Under the pieces are notes generated by a model. The model searched no databases and was not told where the DNA came from. It saw only the letters and a program-made list of their open reading frames with translations. Shown here piece after piece: positions 12,550 to 26,022 of a stretch of 54,763 nt of DNA. The stretch spans positions 1 to 54,763 of the forward strand of contig NW_025215027.1 of the NCBI RefSeq assembly GCF_004010195.1, written 5' to 3'. The DNA is from Chiloscyllium plagiosum (taxonomy: Eukaryota). The position numbers and the translations under genes are program-made. Each line of letters begins with the position of its first letter. Position 1 is the stretch's first letter.

Positions 12550-13880
12550 ACAATAGATAATAGACACTAGGTGTAGGAGTAGTCCATTCAGCCCTTCGAG
12601 CCAGTACCACCATTCATTATGATCATGGCTGATCATCCTCAATCAGTATCCTGTTCGTGCCTTATCCCCATAACCTTTGATTCCACTGTCCTTCAGAGCG
12701 GTATCCAACTCTTTCTTGAAAGCATCCAGAGACTTGGCCTCCACAGCCTTCTTGTGCAGATCATTTCACACACCCACCACTCTCTGTGTGAAGAGGTTTC
12801 TCCTCAACTCTGTTCTAAGTGGCCTTCCCCTTATTTTTAAACTGTGTCCTATGGTTCTGGACACACCCATCAGTGGAAACATGCTTCCTGCCTCCAGAAT
12901 GTCCAATCCTTTAATAATCTTATACATCTCAATCAGATCCCCTCTCAGCCTTCCAAACTCAAGCGTATATAAGCCCAGTCGCTCAAATCTTTCAGCGTAA
13001 GATAGTCCCGCCATTCCGGGAATTGATGTCCTGAACCTACGCTGCACTCCCTCAATAGCCAGAATACCTTTCCTCAAATTTGGAGACCAGAACTGCGCAC
13101 AACATTCCAGGTGCTGTCTCACCAGCGCCCCGTCCAGCCGCACAACGACTTATTTGCTTCTGTACTCAATTCCTCTTGTTATGAGCGCTCGCATGCTAAT
13201 AGCTTTCTTCACTGCCTGCTGTACCTGTATGCTTGCTTTCATTGACTGATGTACAAGAACATCTAGATCTTGTTGTACCTGCCCTTTACCTAATTTGATT
13301 CCATTAAGGTAGTAATCTGCCTCCCTGTTCTTGCCACCAAAGTGGATAACCACACATTTATCACATTAAACTGCATCTGCCATGCATCCGTCCACTCACC
13401 TAGCCTGTCCAGGTCACCCCGTATTCTCCTAACATCCTCCTCTTATTTCGCCGTGCCACCCAGCTTTGTGTCATCCGCAAATTTGCTAATATTACTTTTA
13501 ATACCTTCATCTATATCATTGTTGTACATTGTAAAAAGCTGCGGTCCAAGCACTGATCCTCGCAGCACACGACTGGTCACCGCCTGCCATTCCGAAAGGG
13601 ACCCATTTATCAGGACTTTTTGTTTCCTTTCACCCAAACAATTTTCAATCCATGTCAGCATTCCCCCCAGTACCATGTGCCCTAATTTTGCAAACTAACC
13701 TCGTATGTTCGACATTATCAAAGGTTCTGTGGAAGTCCAGGAATACTATATCCACTGGATCTCCCTTGCCCATCTTCAGAGACATATCCTCAAAGAATTC
13801 CAGAAGATTGGTCAAGCATGACGTATCCTTCATCAATCCATGCTAACTCTGACTTCTCCTGTCACTGCTATCCAGGTGTG
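12550..13880 (-). mobile_element. CR1 LINE 3' portion (RT domain to 3' end), frameshifted
   Basis: SCLTNLLEFFE, VFLDF..FD, GSVLGPQLF, KFADDTKLGG, LECCAQFWSP, RLRGDLIE, FTQRVVGV. Confidence 0.93.
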
Positions 13881-14144
13881 CACTGAGGAGAATTTCGAAA
13901 GGATTGACCATATTACCGGACGTTACAAAGTACTCTTGAAAAGGATGCTTGCAGTCCTTCAGTGAAGATGGAAAATTGAGGGCAGGCAAATTACAACAAT
14001 GTTATGAAAAAAACGGGAGAATATTAATGCAAGGCGGCTGTTAGAGGGAAAATTCGCATTGGGCATGTGAATTTGTTTCAAATGGCAGTTTTACGACCTC
14101 AACAGAGGCCTACTCCTGCGAGAACCAAGGTCCGTGAAGGTTGG

Positions 14145-14880
14145 TTGAGGAGTTGGGAGGTCATATTGTGGGTGTACATGACATTAGTTAGATTATTTTT
14201 GGAATACTGCGTGCAATTCTGTTCTCCTTCCTTCAAAAAAGAATGTTGAGAAACATCAAAGCGTTTAGAAAATATTTACAAGGATGTTGCCAGGGTTGGA
14301 GTGTTTGAGATATATAGAGAGCTGAATATGCTGTGGCTGTTTTCCCAGCACAGACAGAGGCTGAGGGTGAATTTATAGAGGATAATTAAATCACGACGGG
14401 GATGCGTAGGTTCTGTACTCAATTCCTCTTGTTATGAGCGCCTTGCATTAATATTCTCCCGTTTTTTTCATAATTTCAGAGTGAACACAGATCATTGAAC
14501 AATACAGCTCAGAACAGGCCCTTCGGTCTTCGATGTTGCACCGACATGTGAAGAATCTCAGCTCGTCCTCCAGCACTATCCCAAAATCATCCATGTAAAG
14601 AGAGAGAGAGGAAAGATACAGAAGTGATATGAGGGGCAAATATTTCACACAGAGTGTGGTCCGTGTGTGGAATGAGCTGCCAGAGCAACTGGTGTAAGCT
14701 CGTACAATTACAGCATTAAAACCCATCTGGATGGCTGAATGAAGAGGAAGGTGTTAGAGTGATTTGTGCCAAATGCAGGCAAATGGTAGTAGTTTAGTGT
14801 ATTTGTTCGGCATGGACGAGTTGGAACAAAGTGTCTGTTTCCGTGTTGTCCATCGCTCAGACTCTTTGACTCTATGACAA
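14145..14880 (+). mobile_element. Fragmented CR1 3' end, interrupted by a templated patch (14411-14473) and an inverted CR1 tail (~14485-14596)
   Basis: LEYCVQF.SP, FTRMLPGL, cagagtgtggtccgtgtgtggaatgagctgcc, and 3' UTR with gactctatga tail. Confidence 0.8.
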
Positions 14881-14959
14881 CGTATGTTGTGAAATTATTC
14901 ACAAGGAAAACTAAACATATGGAATGTCCAGTAGGATGAGAATTGTTCCAGCCCTTGAA

Positions 14960-16300
14960 GTACATAACATGTAAAACTTGCAGAGGGCAGCTTTGGAAAG
15001 CATTGGCCCACTAAAAGTAAAACAAGGGACTATATCAATCAAACCAGAATAGGTAGGGAATATCCTGAACACAAACATCATGTTGGGATTCATCAAAGAG
15101 ACTGCATTGGGTAAGGAATTGTGTGTCGAAATTCAAAGTCAAGTTTCGATTAAAATGGAAACGATGTTATGCATCTTTTTAAAAAAAGTACTAATGTAGG
15201 TATGTCCCTTGTTCCTGACGAGACTTATTCGAGAAAATTGCGGAGGGCAACAGATAAAATTGCTGGAACATTGACAGCCCATTTTGCATCCTTTCTGGCC
15301 GCCAATGAAGTTCAGGAAAACTGGATAATCCACAGTGTTGTCCCATTGTGGAAGAAGGGTGGAATAAATAATCAAGGAAACTACAGGCGAAGGTTTCGGT
15401 GATAGGAAAATTAATGACAATCATTCTGAAGGACATGTTCTTATGCATATAGAAGTGAGACAGAGCATGGTTTTGAACAAGGCAAGTCATGCTTCAATAA
15501 TACATACAGACGGTTGAGCAGGTCACAAATTTGATTGAAGAGGCAAAACCAATTCTTGTTGTCGACATGAACTTCAGCAAAGCCTTTGCCAAATTCAGTC
15601 ATGGCTTACTGGAACAAAAGACGAAGTGCTGCATTTTGGAAGTTCACGAATAGGTCGATGTTACACATGGAATGGCAGAACATCAGGAATATAGATCTCC
15701 ATAGTGATCTATGTGCGCAGTTCCACGGATCACAAAAGGTGGTATCACAGGTTGGTAAAAGACCATGACACACTTGCCTTCATTGGAAGGGGCATTGAAT
15801 AAAAGAATGACCAAGTTATGCTGCAGTTTTATGGACTTTTAGGGAGGCCACTGTTTGCATATTACGTGCACTTTGGTCGCCACAGTGTCAGATGGGTATG
15901 AATGCTTTGGACAGCATACGAGATTGACCAGAATGTTAAGATTGCCTGTTTTGGGGATTTTAACTATGAAGTAAGGTTGGATAGAACCTGTCTGCTTTCA
16001 CGGATTGCAGGATGTTGTGGAACTACAGAATAAGTTTTTACAATATTCTCAGTAGCATGGGTAGAGTGGAACTTACGAGATTTTTACCCATGGTGTAAGG
16101 GCAAATTCCGGGGGACACAGGTTCAAGGAACGTGGGGTGGGGGAGTTTAAAAGTGACGTGCGAAGCATTTGTTTTTACTTAAAACGTGGTGAATGTGTGG
16201 AATGGGTTGCCAAAAGAAGTGCTGGAAGCAGACACAGTATCAGTAGTCAAGAAACATGAACGTGGACGAATACACGAATAAGAAGGGAATAGAGCAAAGT
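14960..16300 (+). mobile_element. Highly decayed CR1 LINE remnant
   Basis: Degenerate motifs VVPLWKKG..N.GNYR, gacatgaacttcagcaaagcctttg (DFSKAF-like), RVVNVWNGLP-like. Confidence 0.7.
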
Positions 16301-16719
16301 GAACACAACTTAAATATGGAAGCACAAAATATGTCAGTCTAAGATCAGGGAACTCAAATATTAAGCTCCCAAAGATGGCAAAAATCACTAACTCACTGAA
16401 AGCAAATGCGAAGTCCCTTTGGATCCGTGTGAACCTGACCCCACCTCCTGATTCTTCCATCTTACTTTAAAAGTCAACCATAGAGAACTCAAAAATGTTT
16501 AACGACTGCCTGTCTGAAGGAAACAAAATCTGTACCACTGAGATAATATCCTTCTGCAAACCAAACAGAACTGAACACAACTCTAGAAGGCACAGTATTG
16601 TCAGACAATTGTTAGAAGTCAAAATGAGAGCGTTTACTGATGAGGAATGAATAAGAAACATGAAAAAATAAATGTACATTGTCTCTCAAATGTGTGACAT
16701 TGCTGTAAAAATTTGCAAA

Positions 16720-17210
16720 ATTTGCAACAAAAAGTGTAAATCTTATCCATGGATGTAACGGTGATTCTGTTATGGTCTGCGTTGTACACACAAACCTCTG
16801 TCTGTTATTTTGTACCTGGACAGAGCAGTTGTCGGACCCGGCCGTTCTGCACACAGACAGTATGCTTTCCATTCTGAATCTGTAAATGTTGGTGAGGGTC
16901 CTTGTGGGGATGTGACATTTACGAATTAGTTGAGGAAGAAGAGACGATGTTGTGCCTTCTCAACCATCACATCTATGTGGGAAGCCCAAGAAAGGTTGTT
17001 GGTTTTCGACACTCCACGGTACTTGACGCGAACCACACTCTCAACGTCAGTTCCGTTCAGGTAGATAGGGGTATATTCTCCCCCATTCGTCCTGAAGTAA
17101 GTGATCAGTTGTATTGTGTTGGGGACATTCAAAGAGAGGTTATCACTGCACCACGACGCCAAGCCCTCTGCCTCCTTTCTGTATTCTCACTGATAATTGA
17201 TTGATATCCT
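16720..17210 (-). mobile_element. Rex1/Babar-type LINE RT C-terminal remnant
   Basis: WCSDNLSLNV..TPIYLNGTDVESV..KYRGV..NLSWASHID.MVEKAQHRLFFL matches Rex1/Babar ORF2 motifs. Confidence 0.75.
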
Positions 17211-17444
17211 TGGTGTCGTCAGCACCTTTTTAGATGGCGTGCATTCCGAATTTGTCTGCACAGTCGTGGAAGTACAAAGATTATAGTCGGAGGCAGCGAA
17301 TGCATCCGTGGGGAGGGACTCTCCATTCATAGAATGCCTACACTGTGGAAACTGTACCTTCCATCCAAAAAATCCACACCGACCCGCTGAAGAGTAAACA
17401 ACCTCGCGCATGACGCTACTACTCGATATTCCTCCCAGACTAAC

Positions 17445-20079
17445 ACACATAGAACATATACATAGAACATAGAACATAGATTATAGAATATTAGAACGCG
17501 GTACACGCCCTTCGGCCCTCGATGTTGTGCCGACCAGTCATACCAATCTGAAGCTCATCTAACCTACACTATTACATGTACAACCATATGCTTTGCCAAT
17601 GACGACTTAAATGTACCTAAAGTTGGCAAATATACTACCGCTGCAGGCAAATCATTCCATTATCTTACTACTCTCTGAGTAAATAAACTACCTCTGACAT
17701 CTGTCCTATATCTATCAACGCTCAATTTAAAGCTATGCCCCCCTCGTAAATGCCGTCACCATTATTGGAAAAGGTATCTTCCATCCACCCTAACTACCCC
17801 TCTGATTATCTTATATTTCTCTATTAAGTCACCTCTCAACCTTCTTCTCTCCAACGAAAATAGCCTCAAGTCCCTCAGCCTTTCCTCGCAAGACCTTCCC
17901 TCCATACTAGGCAACATCCTGGTAAATCTACTCAGCACCGTTTCCAAAGCTTCCACATCCGAGTCGTGAGTTCATGGAATGCCCTGCCAGTAGCAGTGGT
18001 GAACTCTCCCTCTTTGTGGGCATTTAAACGGGCATTGGATAGGCATATGGAGGATATTGCGCTAGTGTAGGTTAGGTGGGCTTGGATCGGCGCAACATCG
18101 AGTGCCAAAGGGCCTGTACTGCGCTGTATTTTTCTATGTTCTGTGTTCTATCCTTCTTATAATGCGGCGACCAGAACTGTACACAATACACTAAGTGCGG
18201 CAGCACCAGAGTTTTTTTACAACTGTCGCATGACCTCATGGTTCCGGAACTCTATCCCTTTATAATAAAAGCTAAAACGCGGTTGCATTCTTAACAACCC
18301 TGTCAGCCTCGGTGGCAACTTTCAAGGATCTGTATACCTGGACACCGAGGTCTCTCTGCTCATCTACATTACCAACAATCTTACCATTAACCCAGTACTT
18401 TGCATTCCTGTTGCTCCGACCAAAGTGAATCACCTCACACTTGTCTGCATTAAACTCTATTTTCCACCTTTCAGCCCAGTTCTGCAGCTTAGCCATGTCT
18501 TTCTGTAACCTACAACATCCTACGTCACTATCCACAACTCCACCGACCATCGTCTGCAAATTTACTAACCCACCCTTCTATGTCTTCATCCAGTTCGTTT
18601 ATAAAAATGACGAACAGCAGTGGACCCAATACCGATCCTTGCGGTACATCACTGGTAACACAAAACCGTGCTGACAATCCCTAATCAAATTATGCTTTTC
18701 TAGACGATTATAAATGCTATCTCTTATAACCTTTTCCAACACTTTAACAAAAACTGAAGTAAGGCTCGCTGGTCTATACTTACCAAGACTGTCTCTACTC
18801 CCCTTCTTGAACGTGGGAACCACATTTGCTATCGTCCAGTCTTCTGGTACTATTCCTGTAGACAATGACGAATTAAAGATCAATGCCAATGGCTCGGCAA
18901 TCTCCTCCCTGGCTTCCCAGAGGATGCTAGATAAATCCAATCCAGCCCAGGAGACTTATCTATTTTCACACTCTGCAGGATTTCAAATACCTCTTCTTTG
19001 TGAACCTCAATCACACCTCGCCTAGTAGTCTGTATCTCAGTAATCTCCTCAAGAACATCGTCGTTTTCTAGAGTAAATGCTGTCGAAAATATTCATTTAG
19101 TGCTTCCCCTATCTCCTCTGACTCCACACAAACTTCGCACTACTATCCTTGATTGGCCCTAATCTTACTCTTGTCATTCTTTTATTCCTTAAATACCTGT
19201 AAAATTCCTTAACGTTTACCCTGATCCGATCCGCTAACAGCTTCTCATGTCTCCTTCTGGCTTTTCTGAGCTCTCTCTTTAGGTCTTTCCTGGCTACCTT
19301 GTAACCCACATGCGTCTTAACTGAGCCTTCACATCTCATCCTAACATAAGCCTTCTTCTTCTTCTTGACCAGAGGTTCCATTTTCTTCGTGAACCACGGC
19401 TCCCGCCCTCTTCAGCTTTTCCTTGAATAACCTCCACAATCCGAATGTGCCTGTCCGCTGCAGTTTCCTTCCCCATCCTATGCATCCAAAATCTTGCCTA
19501 ATCGCATTGCAATTGCCTTTCCCGCAGCTATAACTCTTGCCCAGTGATATACACTTATCCACTAAATTAAACATAACAGAATTGTGATCGCTATCACCAA
19601 AGTGCTCACCTACTACCAAGTCTAACACCTGGCCGGGCTCATTACCCAGCACCAAATCTAATGTGGCTCCGCCTCTTTAGGCCTGTCTACATATTGTGTC
19701 AGGAAGCGCTCCTGCAAACTCTGGACAAAAACTGACCCATCTATAGTACTAGTACTATAGTGTTCCCAGTCAATATTTGGAAAGTTGAAGTCCCCCCATG
19801 ACAACGGCCCTGTCTCTCTCACTCCTATCGAGAATCATCTTTGCTATCCTTTCCTCGACATCTCTGGAACTATTCGGAGGCCTATAGAAAACTCCCAACA
19901 GTGTGACCTATCCTTTCCTGTTTCTAACTTCAGCCCATTCTACCTCATTTGAAGAATCCCCAAACATCCTTTCTGCAACTTAATACTGTCTTTTACCAAC
20001 AATGCCACACCTCCCCCTCTTTTACCATCTTCTCTGTTCTTACTGTATTATCTAAACCCTCGAACCTGCAACAACCATT
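17445..20079 (-). mobile_element. CR1 LINE (endonuclease end through RT to 3' tail) with a nested opposite-strand CR1 3' end at ~17960-18150
   Basis: VGEHFGDSDHN, EIAEPLALIF..PEDW.IANVVP.FKKG, QHGFV, FNADKCEVIHFG, RRLRGDLIE; (catagaa)n tail at ~17448-17480. Broken at 20080 by the Penelope palindrome and does not resume after it. Confidence 0.92.
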
Positions 20080-21310
20080 CCATACTAGGGAGCATCAACG
20101 GTGAACCTCCAGATGAAGCACTGGCGGTATGGCCCGTTTTCTATTTATGTGTTTAGGTTTCCTTGAGTTGGTCATGTCATTTCCTGTGGTGATGTCATTT
20201 CCTGTTTTTTTTCTCTGGTGGTAAATGGAATCCAAGTCGATGTGTTTGTTGATAGTGTTCTGATTGGAATGCCATGCTTCTAGAAACTCGTGTGTCTCTG
20301 TTTGGCTTGTCCTAGGATGGATGCGTTGCCTCAGTCAAAGTGGTGTCCTTTCTCATCTGTATGTAAGGGTACTAGTGAGAATGGGTCATGTCTTTTTGTG
20401 GCTAGTTGATGTTCATGTATCCTGGTGGCTAGTTTCCTGCCTGTTTGTCCAGTGTAGTGTTCATTACAGTTCTTGAAAGGTATTTTGTAAATTACATTTA
20501 TTTTGCTTGTTGTCTGTATAGGGTCTTTCAAGTTTATTAGCTGCTATTTTAGTGTGTTGGTGGGTTTGTGGCCACAAGGTCTGTGCAGTCTGGTAGTCAT
20601 TTCCGAGATGTCTTTGATGTAGGGGAGTGGCTAGGGTTTCTAGACATGTTGTCTGCGTGTTGTCCAGAACACGTCCAGAAACCCTAGCCACTCTCACCTA
20701 CATCAAAAACATCTCGGAAATGACTACCAGACTGCTCAGACCTCTTGGTATCATGGTAGCCCACAAACCCACCAACACACTAAAATAGCAGCTAATAAAC
20801 TTGAAAGACCCTATACAGACAACAAGCAAAATAAATGTAATTTACAAAATACCTTGCAAGAACTGTAATGAACACTACACTGGACAAACAGGCAGGAAAC
20901 TAGCCACCAGGATACATGAACATCAACTAGCCACAAAAAGACATGACCCATTCTCACTAGTACCCTTACATACAGATGAGAAAGGACACCACTTTGACTG
21001 AGGCAACGCATCCATCCTAGGACAAGCCAAACAGAGACACACGAGTTTCTAGAAGCATGGCATTCCAATCAGAACACTATCAACAAACACATCGACTTGG
21101 ATTCCATTTACCACCAGAGAAAAAAAACAGGAAATGACATCACCACAGGAAATGACATGACAAACTCAAGGAAACCTAAACACATAAATACAAAGCGGGC
21201 CATACCGCCAGTGCTTCATCTGGAGGTTCACCGTTGATGCTCCCTAGTATGGTGACGAAACGTCTGAAAGTGAACCTTCTAGCTCAGCAATCAAACTTAC
21301 ATCCAGAACA
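20080..21310. mobile_element. Poseidon-type Penelope 3' fragment present as a ~570-585 bp inverted repeat (20080-20650 / 20668-21252) plus terminal repeat
   Basis: Mirror ORFs KDPIQTTSKINVIYKIP(C/F)KNCNEHYTGQTGRKLATRIHEH (GIY-YIG) on both strands; 17-bp spacer. Confidence 0.93.
21227..21268 (+). ncRNA. Degenerate hammerhead ribozyme in the Poseidon terminal repeat
   Basis: UUCA-CCGUUGA(core mutated from CUGAUGA)-U..GGUGAC-GAAA-CGUC-UGAA; 4-bp stem I UUCA/UGAA is retained. Confidence 0.55.
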
Positions 21311-23376
21311 AGTCATGGTTCTCTCTCTTCCCATATTTTTTTTTAAAAAATAGCGCACCTACATTTTCAACTCTTCAATGTGCCAAGATTGACCCAGAAT
21401 CTACAGAAGATGACAACCAACTCATTACCTCAAGAAGTTCTTCTCTTGGGACATAGATTATTAGGCCCAGGGGGTTCACGAGCTGTCAGTTCCATTGATT
21501 TCGCCAGGGAGTTTTAACAAAAATATCAATTTTCTTCCGTTCTTCCCTCCCTATAGACTCTTGCTGAAGTAACATTTTCTGGAAAGTGAATGCTGGTGGG
21601 CAACTTGGCAATAATCAACATCACCACTGAACCTGATCATTTGCTTTACATGTACTTTGTTCAGGATTTGATCAACAGTAGGAAGCCCCAGGCAATATTT
21701 TCCATCTTACCTCCTAATGCAGGGACCAGTATTCCCTCAACTCTACAAGGTGGTGACTACTTAACACTCTAGGGATCAAATCTGAGGGCTGTGTAGTTTA
21801 CATGGCTCAATTCCATGCCACACTTTAGGTCAGCATTGTAGGGATTCTACATTTATTGAAAAACTAAGGTGTGCATTCATGCAATGAGAATCTGGATGCT
21901 AAGAAAACTTACCACAGGAAAAGGTCTCAGAAAGAGATGATAAATCCAGATTTTGCGAAAATTCTTCCAAAGCATCCAAACAGAGAAGACTACTACCACA
22001 TTCTGCTTTCCTCTTTTCGTCTGGGTAGCTATTACTATTCATTTCATCCTGGTTTGAAACCCAAACAGAAGGTAGTATGTGCACCAGTATTGCAAATCAT
22101 AGATTAAGTACAAGGACAGCCAGTAATCAACAAACATTCCTACACACTTCACTGACAATGAAATTTTGCTTCATATTATTTTATTCACTAAAGTTGGAAT
22201 AAACAATATTGTGAAAAGACCTGTCAGAAAGCATACCATGATATTGATAGTTTTGTTAAACATGCATGAAATTACTTACTTCGCTAAACATCCGGTACAT
22301 TTAAATTAACATTTGTATGTTGCTTAGATAGCCACAAGGACATTTAATATTTTTACAATAGTTTTGTTAATTGAAAAGAATTTTAGCTGTTAACTGTGGT
22401 TATTTAGCAAATAACTCAAGCAAACCAATACATGGTCTTTGTTGAATTCCCAGCCTACGCTAAACTGATTTCAGACCTACAGTAGAATTGGTGTAATAGC
22501 TGACCTCAAAGTGCTACGGATTAGAAGGTCGTCAACCAGCATTGTTGACAAATATTTTATTGATCAACACTAACCAAGGGCATACACAGAAAGGGTCATC
22601 ATCCAAAAGGTTCAGTGGCTGTCTGGTAGGAATCAGAAGACCTAACCACTTGGAAATTAAGACATGCCTATTTCTGGGCCAGTAAGCACCCAATGCATTG
22701 TCTGTGCATGAATGAAGAAGCTCAAGATTTCCATTCTTGGCCTCAAACACAATAGTCACATTATAACACGTCGAGCAAAAAGCAGATCAAACTCTGAAGT
22801 CTATTCACACTACAGTGCTGATAACTGTTGGGGAGGTGAACGGTCAAATCAATTTCAAGCATGGGTGAAGAATGCATTATGATGTCTTTACACTATAAGG
22901 CAGCTGTGAACCTTTAGCCAGAAATTGTGCATGGTTTCAGCTTGTCACATTGGGATCTTCGCAATCCAATCACCACTGAAGAATATGTGCTGCATAGACC
23001 AAATTCAATTCCAATACCCTCGGGAGGAAGAGGGAAGGAAACAAACAAGCAAACATTAAGCAAATCATGTAGCAGAGGTTTCTAACTTCTTGAATTTGTG
23101 TCAACTGAATCTTTGTTGAAATGGAATAAATTGGCCTCATTCCTCTGCAATAAAATGAAATGCTTCCATGCCTAAAGTCCACAAAATCTTTAAAATGATT
23201 TGCACTTGAACTACATAGTCAGAAAATTCATTCCAGATCCAATGTTATTCTACATGTACATTTAGGCACTAAAATAGCTGTACATCTCAGTATTAAATAA
23301 ATCACCATAGCACATACTGAATCTGAAAATTATTAATTTTCACTATGATATACTGCTAGCCACTATATATTGGAAA

Positions 23377-23664
23377 GAAAATGGGTTAATCAGAATGCGA
23401 TGAATGACAGTAAATAATGTCAGAATCACAAGCCAGAAATGTCCTCAAAGTTTCTGTGAACTAATTTAATTCCCTTTTAATTCTAGTGTTTCAATTTTGT
23501 CATGATATTTTTAATATATATATATATGACAAAACACGCTAGAATTAAAAGGGGACAGTTTGAGTTTATGTAAATTCCTAGTTCACAGAAACTTTGAGGA
23601 TATTTCTGGCATATGGTCCTGACGTTATTTACTGTCATTCATCACATTATGATTCATCCATTTC
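23377..23664. repeat. Old palindromic (MITE-like) element with central (TA)n
   Basis: Arms gatgaatgacagtaaataatgtcag..gccagaaatgtcctcaaagtttctgtgaacta and tagttcacagaaactttgaggatatttctggc..ctgacgttatttactgtcattcatc, with an inner pair cccttttaattctag/ctagaattaaaaggg. Confidence 0.85.
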
Positions 23665-26022
23665 AAACCACTGAGTTTTGAATGCTATCACCCAATTTAA
23701 TCCCTGGGACTTTCATGGACTGAAACAAATTTTAAAAAAGGGACCACAACACTGACTTAAAATAACTTAGCAACCACTTGATGACGTAGATTTTGCCAGT
23801 TTCATGAAAGCAACATGGAATATACAAAAGTCAGTCTGGTCTGAAAGTAATGTTTTATCCAAAGATAAGTAAGCCAATCAATCTTTTCCAGGGAGGCATG
23901 AACAGACACTACATCGATTGACATCTCTGAGAACATCCAAACTTCGGAAATGAAAATATCAACTGCAACTATCAAGTTCGGAGACAATGAACTCAAGATA
24001 TTGAAATGTATAACTAATCTTGTACTTCAAGATGTTTTGGCAGAGGAGATGAAATTAAGGGTGCTGTGCTGAACACAGGCAGTGAACCCTCTCTGCCTCT
24101 CAAACAAAAACATAACCAGCACAAGTACAGATTAAAATTAAACATCAGCACACCAAGAACTTCCTAATGGTCCTTCCTAATATTCCTTCCTAATGGTCTA
24201 GAAACCAACAAAACAACAGTGGTCTCAGATCATTTTCCTTTTTGTATTGTGCGCATGCGTGTGCGTTACTGCCCGAACATCATATGCTTGATGCTGTATC
24301 TTTACTAGTTTTCTTACTTAATGCAAGACAACCTTTTGATTGTCTTCTTGCTGCTATGTTAGAAATTATTTTAATTGACGTAAATTATAGCTTCATGCTA
24401 AAAAGGGCTATAATCTTTGTTGTGGCCAGCCAGAGATGTTGAAAAGAAAGGAGCTGATTCACCCATTCTCACCTGGTCATAACAAAAAATAAGCAGCACT
24501 GGTTTATGGTTTAAAAAGAAAAGGTTAGTTCATTACATAACTACTGCATAAGTTACATAATTAAAAAAATAATACAGCAAACGCCCGATTTACAACGATC
24601 TGACATATGAACACCCACACTTACAAATGAGATCTCATAAAAGGAGGCATGACTAATAATTTTTAAAATCCAATATGTAAATATTTGCTCATATTTATAG
24701 ACAGCTATTTTATATTGTATTATTTTATGGTCTTCAAGATGAAGAGATCAGTCAGTCAATCACTGAACTCAAAACATTAATTTTGCTTTCTTCCCACAGA
24801 TGCTGCCAGACCTGCTGATTTTTGCCAGCAGTTTTCATTTTTGTAGAAGTATTATAATATCACAGAAAATATGGCCTCCGTGTTGGCTTCTATTAAGGAC
24901 CTATCAGATCACAGAGAAATGGCCAACAGGTTCATGAACTTGAACTGGATTACATATTTTCCAAAAGGAAAACTTCATTACACTCTCCTTAAAAACAGAC
25001 GAGGGATAATCATTTTTTTAAAAAAACAATACTTTAAAGACGTAATGCAAAGGAAGTAGGGCTGAATTATCAATGCCGTCAGGACACAATGCATGTGGTC
25101 GTTTGAAAATCATAATCCCCAGAATTAGTTCTTTGATTTTGGCGACTTGATGTCTGCAATTTTGAAAGTAAGGCTGTACAAAGTGGACACTGAATTGGAC
25201 TGATTTAATTAAATAAATTAATTTAATTAACAGCCCATTAGTTCCTTTAGAAGCCTGCTAATGGGCTGGGAAGGTTGGGACAGTAGCAACTGTCCAGCTT
25301 GCTGTAAAATAGGTTTATTTGAAAGTTTAGAATCCTCTTTGTGCCTTCATGTGTCCTATACTGGATTATTGCTTTTTACTATAGCATTTCCTATTCATGT
25401 TCTACCACAGACCTTGATGCTGATAGCTCTTTCAGGAACTGCCTGCTGTCTTCAGCAAGGTAGCAATAGTCCCCAATAGCTGAGTGTCTCTCTTTGCTGC
25501 TGGTGCCAGGCCATCAGCATCCCTAATTATGTCAAGCTCACATACCCATTAGGATACCTACAGCTAAGATGCATTTGGACGTTGGGTTCCAGAACCATAT
25601 GAAAGTCCAGCCAGTGATATCAATGTGTCTTACTCAAGGAACTGTGCAATAAAATCCATACACCATTTGCAATGCAGATGGATCTTCAAATTTTTGGACC
25701 ATGTCTGGAAACAGGAGATTGAAGGAGGGAAACTGGGACTTATCCAGAGTGGTAAAGATTCTGGCAATCTGGCACCTTATTGGCTGTTGGTGGGCTTTCT
25801 ACCAAGATCAGGACAAGGAGATCCCAGAAATAAAGAGCTGCTGACCAATCAGAGGTCAACAGACCCAGAACTCTACAGTGTGACTACAGTCTTAGCTTCT
25901 GCTGGTATAACATTCCCACCCCCACTCCCCCCCCAACTCCACCCTCCCACCACGATTGCTAGGATGTAGGATCATATTGAAAAGAAAAGTGTTTAGATGA
26001 GGTCTCTTAAGATGCAGTCAAT

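Noticed and set aside
1..21310. Endogenous virus or immunoglobulin cluster as the cause of the high CpG
   Set aside because: No long ORFs or viral motifs, and no correctly spaced heptamer-12/23-nonamer signal or Ig domain was seen.
21429..21578. 150-nt minus-strand exon-like segment with good splice sites
   Set aside because: Stop codons in all three frames.
23812..24070. Possible RTE-type LINE remnant (TATIKFGDNELKI)
   Set aside because: Similarity too weak to support without a search.
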